Shown in pieces: positions 52,017 through 64,000 of a stretch of DNA of 64,000 nt (position 1 is the first letter of the stretch; every line of letters begins with the position of its first letter). Made by a program: the position numbers and the translations under genes. This DNA is from the human T2T-CHM13v2.0 reference genome, Homo sapiens. The notes under the pieces were generated by a model. It ran no database searches. It was not told the DNA's origin and saw only the letters and a program-made list of their open reading frames with translations. The stretch lies in NCBI RefSeq assembly GCF_009914755.1, contig NC_060932.1. The stretch is one strand, 5' to 3'.

Positions 52017-52334
52017 GGCCAGGCACGGTGGCTCATGCCTGTAATCCCAGTACTTTGGGAGGCCAAGGCAGGTGGAAGCGTTGAGCCCAGGAGTTGGAGA
52101 TGAACCTGGGCAACATGGTGAAACCCCATCTCTAAAAGAAACACAAAAATTAGCCAAGTGTGGCGTTGGACGCCTGTAGTCCTAGCTATTCAGGAGGCTG
52201 AAGCGGGAGGAACTCTCGACCCCGGGAGGTGGAGGCCGTGGTGAGTGAGCCATGTTTGTGTCACTGTACTCCAGCCTGGGTGACAGACTGAGACCCTGTC
52301 TCAAAAAATAAATAATTACATAATAAAGATTTAA
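52017..52334 (+). mobile_element. Alu (AluJ-like), unit 5
   Basis: Copy of 3533-3850. Confidence 0.88.
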
Positions 52335-53735
52335 AAAGCAAGCACAAAAAGACAAATACTGCATGATCTCACTTATATGTGCAATCTCAAACAATGCAAC
52401 TCATAGCTGTAGAGAGCAGAACGGTGGTTACCCGAGGCAGGGGTCAGGGAGGGACTGGAGAGATGATAGTCTCATGATACAAAATTTCAGAGAGGAATGG
52501 TTCTAGAGATCTATTGAACAGCCTGGCATCTACAGTGTATAAGTATGTATTGTATACTTGAAAATTGCTATAAGAGTAGATTTTAGACATGTCCTCATCA
52601 CATTAAAATCAGTATGTGAGGAAACGAGTGTGTTAATTAGCTTGATTTTGTCATTCCACAATGTATACACGTATGAAACATCATGTTGTATGCCATAAAT
52701 ATATATAATTTTTATTTGTCAAGTTAAAATTAAAATTCATATAAATTATAAAAATAAAATGAAATAACATACACTACAAAAGACTTTTATTTATTAAATC
52801 CCCACAGAAGGGGTCTAAGTGATAAAGGAAAATAAAATTCCGGGAACGGTAAAATCAATCAGAAATGCCCTACTTCAGTGCTTTCGAAATTTGTCTGACA
52901 GAGTGGAAATCCGGTTTTTCACTAAGTCACTGTTCTGGAACAGTTTGTGTGTGTGTATGTATGTGTGTGAGGGCTCACATACACAAATTGAACTAATGGA
53001 AGTGTAAGCATTCAAATTATCAGTTTAATTTAGTTCTATACATATACACACACACACACTCACACACCGAAAAAATTGATAAAATCAGCCATTCCAGCAA
53101 AACTAGCTACTTAGTGTCTATCTCTCCTTGAAGATTCCAACTAGAAATGAGGATTTAGAGAGGCATGATGGTTCGTTCTCTCTTGGAGCCCAGTTCGAAG
53201 TTGACTGACTGATTCAGTCATTGTAATTGGTTGGTCTTGGGGAAGAATCCACTTTGACTCTTGGGAAGTCAGCTAGGTCAGCGGACAGAGCAGGGGCTCT
53301 GGAGCCAGACTGCCTGCACCCGACTTCTAGCTATGATACCTTGGATAAACTACTTATCACCTGGGCTTCAGGTTCCTCATCTGTAAAATGGGGATAAGAA
53401 TGCTATCTCTCTCACAACTGTTAGGAGGACTGACTGGGTTAATACGTGCAAAGTACCAAGTACATAAGAAACCAACAGCCAGTGCTCATTACAATCATTA
53501 TTATTTTGGGCAAGTTAAGCCGCATGGTTTCTTTAGGTATAAAATTAGGCTTTATTTACCTACCTGTTGGGTTGTTCCAAGGATTAATCACATAGTGTTC
53601 ATGAATTCCCTTTATAAACTATTATAGAAAAGAAATATAGTTAACATTAATTGAACACCTACTATGTGCGATCGTTTTAAGGCTTGCCATGTGCTGCTTC
53701 ATTCAGTCCGCACCATGACATTAGGATCACACTTT

Positions 53736-57407
<3,672 letters not shown>

Positions 57408-57971
57408 GATCACACTTTAAAGACCAAAAGGTAGAAGCGCAAAGACGTTATCTGTCCAATATTACAAACCTAGTAAGTGGTGGAATTTGGCCTTGAACCC
57501 AGATCTGTAACTCCAGAGCCGAAGTGCTTCACCCACCTCCCTGTGGTGCCTCTACAGAAAAAGAGGTAAGCAGGCATTCCGAAAGCTGGTGGGCCGGGGG
57601 GCTGGCCTTGTACTCAGAAGCCATGGAAGTCCCACGTGGGGTGGCTAGTGGTGTAAGGACAGAGGTCTCGGATGGGCAGAGGGATGTGGACAGGCGCGAG
57701 GGCGCGCGGCAGGGACTCGGGGGACTGGGAGTGGCGGCTCGGGGCTGCGGGAGGCGATTGGTGGAAGGACAGAGGTCTGGGAGGGGCAGAGGGATGTGGA
57801 CAGGCCCGAGGGGCCGCGGCAGGGATTCCGGGGGACCGGGAGTGGGGGGTTGGGGTTACTCTTGGCTTTTTGCCCTCTCCTGCCGCCGGCTGCTCCAGTT
57901 TCTTTCGCTTTGCGGCGAGGTGGGCAGGGTGAGCTCTCGGGACTGATGGCGGTTTTGGAAGAGGCCTGGGG

Positions 57972-59999
57972 CTAAGGACAGGCCAGGGCGGCGGGAGAGG
58001 CGGACCGGTGGCGTGGCTGGATCTGGGCGCGCTGTCGGACCTTCCACATCACCAGCTGCAGGCAGGCGTTTGCGTCCTCGCTGGAGTTGTGGCCGTCCTG
58101 GCTGTCCTGGATGATCTGTGCCAGGTAGTCGGCCGCGAGATTCCTGAGGGAGCGCTTGTAGGGGAAACCCAGGTAGTGCGGGAAGAGCACGGCCGTGTCC
58201 ACCACGGTGCTGTGGATGAGCTTCAGGGCCAGCAGGTCGCTCTCCAGGCTGTGCCCGATGAGGATGGTTTGGGCGCTGAAAAAGCTCAGCAGGATGGCTT
58301 GGACTTGGGGCAACGTGATGCTCGTCTTGGCGACGTCGGCCTCGGTGACTCCGGAAAACCTGGTGTTGTAGTCCACGATCTCGTTGTCGGGCTTGACGAA
58401 GGTGTCGTACACCACTCGCATGTCGGCGTCCACCACGGTGACGCGGGTCAGCTCTAGGCCATGCGTGGTGTAGCACATCTCACAGTCCAAGGCGTAGATT
58501 CCTGGATAAGCGTCTCTGGACAACTCTTTCTTGAAGGTCTCCACGAAGCCATCGAGGCTCTCCTTGCGGCCGTCCCGCACGTGCTGCTTTGCCACCTGGC
58601 AGCCCACAGAGCCAGGAGCAGCTGCACAGCAGGTGTACTGGCTAACCCGGCCTCCAGCCACCTGGCTCGAGCGGACCCGCCCCCAGTGATAATAACACAA
58701 CTGGTCGCGTACACAGCGGCCCGAGGAGGACACCAGGTACTCGGTGCCACAACGGCAGCAGACCCTGCAGGAGGAGTCGCCGGGCCCCTTCCCCTGGCCA
58801 GTGAAGAGGACGGCGCCTCCGGGCCGCTCGGGGTGCGGGAAGGGGTAGCCGTTCTCCTTGAGCTGGTCCTGGGTGAGCAGGAACTCCTGGAGGCGGCTGT
58901 ACAGGGCGGCCCTGCTGAGGCCGGGCATGGAGCTGGGGGTCAGGCCCTTCAGTCTCTTGAGGGTGTTCAGGACCACGTTCAGGTACCTGTTCTTGTTGGG
59001 GCTGCAGTCGTAGGCCACCTTCTCCTCGTTCAGCGCCTTCTCCTCGGCCTCCTGCTTGGAGGCGCAGAACTTGAGACACTCTTCGGTGAACAGTTGGAGA
59101 TAGCCTCGGCGGACGACGGTGGGGACTTGGCACCCAGAGCTTCGGAGGATAATGGGTTTCTTCAAACTCAAACTCGGTAAGGATGCACGACGGACGATTC
59201 GCTTAGAGCTGGTGGTGGCGGTGGTCTTGCATGCCATCCCTGACCTGTTGCGCGTCTTCCCTGGCTGTCTGCCGACCTTGGAGCCACGGGAGCGTTGGCT
59301 GCTGCTGGCCACCCGGGTTCTCTTGGCATCTGTGTAACCTGTGACCAAGCAAGGGCTGGAAGAGTGGGCGATCGTCTTCCTCTTCCTGGGGGCTGAGATG
59401 CGGACTCCCGAGGGCCTCTCTGTCAGCCTTGGGGCGGCTGGCAAGCGGCAGGCCGATCCCCTCTGCACAGGGAAGTAGCACGACTCCGTCACCATCTTGG
59501 GCCACGCTGGGGGCACCGCCGGACCCCTGTTCTGGGGCTCCGCCTGGATGTCCACAAATGCTGAGGCCTGCTTGTGCATCTGGGGCACCCAGAGCCCGAA
59601 GCTCTGGGCAGGCTGATGAGAGGGCAGTGGGAATTCTGGAGCCTCGAGGGCCGCCTCCTCGGCCACCTTCTTAGCTTCTGGGTATCCAGGTGGGAACCAG
59701 CAGGGAGCTGTGGCTCGCAACATCTTGCTGCCTTCGGGAGCACCGGCCGGGCTCTGCTCCGCTCCCAAATGGCGGCTTGCCTCCGGGGCCGCCTCCTTGG
59801 CCACCTTCTTAGCTTCTGGGTATCCAGGGCGGAACCAGCAGGGAGCTGTGGCTCGCAACATCTTGCTGCCTTCGGGAGCACCGGCCTGGCTCTGCTCCCC
59901 TCCCAAATGGCGGCTTGCCTCCAGGGCCGCCTCCTCGGCCACCTTCTTAGCTTCTGGGTATCCAGGGGGGAACCAGCAGGGAGCTGTGGCTCGCAACAT
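57972..59999 (-). CDS. REXO1L1: REXO1-like/GOR copy 5, 675 aa
   Basis: Intact ORF with FPVQRG and PTVVRR variants. DEDDh motifs intact. Confidence 0.9.
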   Translation of the reverse strand: MLRATAPCWFPPGYPEAKKVAEEAALEASRHLGGEQSQAGAPEGSKMLRATAPCWFRPGYPEAKKVAKEAAPEASRHLGAEQSPAGAPEGSKMLRATAPCWFPPGYPEAKKVAEEAALEAPEFPLPSHQPAQSFGLWVPQMHKQASAFVDIQAEPQNRGPAVPPAWPKMVTESCYFPVQRGSACRLPAAPRLTERPSGVRISAPRKRKTIAHSSSPCLVTGYTDAKRTRVASSSQRSRGSKVGRQPGKTRNRSGMACKTTATTSSKRIVRRASLPSLSLKKPIILRSSGCQVPTVVRRGYLQLFTEECLKFCASKQEAEEKALNEEKVAYDCSPNKNRYLNVVLNTLKRLKGLTPSSMPGLSRAALYSRLQEFLLTQDQLKENGYPFPHPERPGGAVLFTGQGKGPGDSSCRVCCRCGTEYLVSSSGRCVRDQLCYYHWGRVRSSQVAGGRVSQYTCCAAAPGSVGCQVAKQHVRDGRKESLDGFVETFKKELSRDAYPGIYALDCEMCYTTHGLELTRVTVVDADMRVVYDTFVKPDNEIVDYNTRFSGVTEADVAKTSITLPQVQAILLSFFSAQTILIGHSLESDLLALKLIHSTVVDTAVLFPHYLGFPYKRSLRNLAADYLAQIIQDSQDGHNSSEDANACLQLVMWKVRQRAQIQPRHRSASPAALACP

Positions 60000-60054
60000 C
60001 TTGCTGCCTTCGGGAGCACCGGCCTGGCTCTGCTCCTCTCCCAACTGGCGGCTT
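59641..60054 (-). repeat. 138-bp VNTR x3
   Basis: Same arrangement as unit 1. Confidence 0.92.
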
Positions 60055-60333
60055 CAATGAGTGCTGCGGCCGCCACTTGTCGCCTTTATATAGGCACAGG
60101 GCAGACTGGGTGGGACTTCTCCTTGATAGGTTGGTGCTTCAGTCCAATCACACTGAGCCTCATCCTCCACCAGACTCCAGCTTGGGAATGCCTCAGGGGG
60201 TGCGCTAATGGAATCAACTGGAACTCCCGGTTGCTAAACTTGGAGCTAGGTTGCTTTTCCTGAGTTAAGTAACTGTCCCTGCAGGGCAGTCCTATAATGG
60301 CTACTGGAATTGGGCTACCTAGGATTAAATTAA
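60055..60333 (-). promoter_or_regulatory. putative REXO1L promoter, unit 5 (DUX4-type motif 60206-60216)
   Basis: TATA, CCAAT and TAATGGAATCA are conserved. Confidence 0.6.
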
Positions 60334-60537
60334 GGTTCAGGGAGGTTGGTCAACTTGCTTGGGCCCACACAGCACCCCTTGGAGCCAGGACTGGGCCAGC
60401 AGTCTGCTGCATGCTGGAGGGCGGGATCCCTCTGGGGCTGCCTTTCCCTGCTCTGTGCACTCCGCCGCTGCGGGCAAATTGAGGACAGGAAGCGGACCGC
60501 ACCCACTTCTCTCCCAGGACTTGGGCAATGTTCAACA

Positions 60538-61418
60538 CAGGTGGTCTTCCAAAGGTTCATAGAAAATGCACATGGTGAAGAAACTATGCATGGATTTCCA
60601 CTGGTTTGCACTAAAATAAACTTGTCGTAACTTCTGATAACCTTTCTGAACTAGATCTAGTTTGAGGCACTAAGAAGGATGAGACATCCACTGAAAAGGA
60701 CTCCCATCAGAGCAACATGAATTCCACGAAAATTGCAGCAAGAGGAAACATCAAATTTATGGTGAAGCTTGGGTGGAAGATTGAAGAAATCATTGACGTT
60801 TTAAGAAAAGCTTGTAAGGACACTACCCCAAAGAAATGAACTCTTTACGAATGTATAGCTTGTTTCAAGAAGAGGTGAGAAGATGTGGAAGATGAATCCT
60901 GCAGTGGCTGTGAAAACCACTGTGCCCAGATCAGCTGCATTTACGACGAGAGCTATCAGTGGAAATTTTAAACAGGAGGGATCACGATCCTGACGCATCC
61001 CTCTGACAAATTGTAAGCGGCAGTTGGAGCATGGCTTCACCAATATGATCGCCAAGGCAAAGCATCATGAAAGCGATGGCTACCAAGAGGTGGCAGTGGT
61101 CCAGTCAAAGGAAAAGGAGGCCAGTCAGGAGCCCACATCATGGCATCAGTGTTTTGGGACACTCAAGGCATTTTGCTTGTTGACTTTCTGAAAGGCCAAA
61201 CATCTGCTTATTAGGAGAGTGTTCTGAGAAGCTTAGATAAAGCTTTGGTAGAAACATGCTGGGAAAGTCTCACTAGATCCTTGTTCACCACATCAATGCT
61301 CTGCTCATTCCTCTCATCAAACAAGGGCAATTTTGTCAGTTTCAATGGGCAGTCCTTAGGAATTCACCTTACGGGCTGCTTTCATTCCTTCTAAATTCTT
61401 TTTGTTTCCTAATGATAA
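60538..61418 (+). mobile_element. HSMAR2 relic
   Basis: Copy of 12055-12935. Confidence 0.85.
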
Positions 61419-63864
61419 AAAGTCTCCTTGCCTTGCTTGGAAAGATGAGAGAAAGTCTCCTTGCCTTGTTTGGACAGATGAGAGATGAGATCCTCCTCTT
61501 CTCTCCCAGGACAGAATGGTGAGACTTGAGTTTCCTTTCTCCTCACTCTTCTCCTCCTTGAGGGAGCTGCTGTGCCGGACAGACCTGCCCCCGTGTCTAG
61601 ACACTGGTAGACTCGTTTAAGTTCCTCACAGGCAATCCTCCATGGGGTCAAAGTGGAAGGACTTATTTCTTCAGGGCTCAGTAGTCCACATCCTGGCGCG
61701 CACCTTCACCAGCCCAGGGCGGGGTAGAGGAGGGTGAAAGGGCGTGGCTCAGAGCCCGCTTCTTCCGCTCGGGCGTATCCTGGGAGGAACCCTTGTCCGG
61801 TGAGCATGTCTTCGTCTCTACCAAATTCCCTAGTGGGACATTTCTGGCAGCCCTACTTGTTCAGCAGCTTACGGGGGTCAGGTGGACCTCTGCTAGTCAC
61901 CAGCCTGAAGCCCTTTCTCCATTTCAGCTATTTTGGCAGTTGCCTAGGTGACTTTTGAACCTCATTATCCAGAACAGCAAACGGACGAGGGGTGAGAAGA
62001 GTGGCCGTCTGGGTTTGCAGCATAGTGCTGCCTTCTAGGAGTTGTGCAGTCTTCGATTGTGTGAAACTTCACCTGGCTGATTTGTGGCAATGCCTCCACA
62101 AATTCGCTAAATTCAGTAGCTTTTGCCTTCCAAGATTCATTTACACAATGTTGAATGCTTTAAATGAATGAGCATGAAGAGTGCTGGGCTGGAAAGTGAT
62201 GAGATGGGTGGTAGGGACTCCTCGGAGTAGAGGAGTAGAGTTTTACTATTATGACTAGGAGGCAAATAAAAAGAAGCTGAACGTGATCCATAATAAAAGA
62301 AGCACACACTCACAGAGCTCCATACCAACTACATTAAAATGGAAATCATGATATTTGGAAATACAACTTAATTGGAAATCATTAAGTAATCTCATCAACC
62401 TTTTTACAGTGGGTGGCAGGGCTATGGAGGGAAAACAGCAATGGTTCTGGCACCTACTTAACTTGATTCCATTAAATTCACCCAACAGGCCTCCAGAGAA
62501 CATATTACTGCTTTGATATTACAAAGGGAAAAACAGCTATGGCGTCTCTGAAAAGCACAACGTGCTAGGACTGGAATGACTTTAAAACCACACATAAATT
62601 TCTGAGAGATTTTTGCCATAAGGTACCATCCACCTTACTGTAAACCACATCCTAAAATTGTCTGCAGTGCAAATGGATTATGTGCATCCAACAGGAAACA
62701 GCATAGGTTGAGAAGCTGTTACTTAATAGCTTCATTGTCACCACGAGTGTAAAGTGTGGGGTCTCATCACTTTTGCACCCACGTTTTGCCTGTTGGTTTC
62801 TCCACACTGTCAGGAGCATTTGACCAACTCACTGTGGCTCAGGGTCCCTTACGCAGCCTGTTGGGGAAACCAGTGGGTATTGAAGACCTGCCTCTGGTGT
62901 GCCAGGACGTTGTGCCTGCCGGCCACTCTGACTTGCGATCTTCCGCCTCAGTGTATGGCTTCCTACACCTGGGTAATTAACATTGCCAGCATGATAAGGA
63001 GGTCCTTTCATCACTATTGCCACTAGTCCTTCCGACTCCTGTGCCCTGTTTCTCCTTTATTGGAACCCAAGAACGAGTAAACATAGCATTTTCAAACATC
63101 CCGCCCCCTTCCCTGGTAACACCAATATTCCACCATCCTAATTCCCTCACAAGCATTCAGTCTCTCCACCCTGAGGTGGTGAAATCCCTGCAGGCATTTA
63201 TAAGTATACCTGGACAGAAGAAATACAAGATACCGTTCTATTAACTCAATATAGTGTTGCTAAGTTCGTACTTGTGCTTGGTTTATTTTATTTTATAAAT
63301 ACGTATCACTCGCATGGTTCCAAATGCGGTAGGCACAGAGAGTATATATGATGGAATTACATCCTCCTTCCCTGCACTCAGCAACCGAGATCTTCCCGCT
63401 ACGGGCACTCAAAGGTTTCATTGTCTGAAATATCAGCCTAAACGTAGTTTATGTTTAGGAAGCAACAACCGTAAATGGGCCCACATCCAAACGGAGTGGA
63501 TTTAGGTTTCACTTTTTCAAGGAAAAACCATCAAAGAATTTTTCCACATACTTATAAACCATCCCACGTATAGAATCCATTTTTACTGACACAAATTTAG
63601 TACCAATAAACGACTCTTCTTCTCAATTTGTTTTATTTAACAATAAGTCTTGAACGTCATTCCCAGTTAACATTTTGAAGAGTTTCCTCTCTTTCGTTCT
63701 GTTTTAGCTGCAAAGTATTCTTCCGTAAGGATGAACGTACTATAATTTATTAGCCAGCCACTTAGTGATGTACAATTAAGCAGTTTTAAATCTTTGACTC
63801 TTGAAAATATTGTTTCTCACACATAAATATTTCTATAAAATAAATTAGTTGAATTAGAATTGTT

Positions 63865-64000
63865 GGAGTTCAAGACCAGCCTGGCCAACATGGTGAAACC
63901 CCATCTCTACTAGAAACACAAAATTAGCCGGACATGCCGGTACATGCCTCTAATCTCAGGTGAGGCAGGAGAATCACTTCAACCTGGGAGGCAGAGGTTG
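63865..64000 (+). mobile_element. truncated Alu (AluS-like), unit 6, cut by the window end
   Basis: Copy of 3192 onward. Confidence 0.85.

Overview
Human/hominoid genomic DNA made entirely of a head-to-tail ~12.05-12.19 kb macrosatellite: five complete units and one partial unit, starting at 1, 12191, 24242, 36294, 48485 and 60674. I recognise it as the REXO1L1/GOR array (8q21.2). Each unit holds one intronless, CpG-island, minus-strand REXO1-derived retrogene. Its ORF is uninterrupted (675 aa or 629 aa, depending on an in-frame 138-bp VNTR) and has a complete DEDDh exonuclease motif set. Upstream are a TATA/Inr/CCAAT promoter and a perfect DUX4-type TAAYBBAATCA site. The rest of each unit is an HSMAR2 mariner relic, old L1M pieces, two Alus, MIRs and a 5'-truncated L1PA inserted into a MIR with its TSD still visible. 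Main points of interest: intact catalytic motifs in a 'pseudogene' array; a possible DUX4/embryonic-genome-activation promoter; a start-codon VNTR with independent contractions; a 108-codon in-frame extension past the TAG that encodes the GOR epitope; a template-switch hairpin in the L1; CpG gain in the transposon relics; and mosaic gene-conversion tracts between units. Repeat subfamily names and comparisons to consensus or parent sequences are from recall, not from a search.
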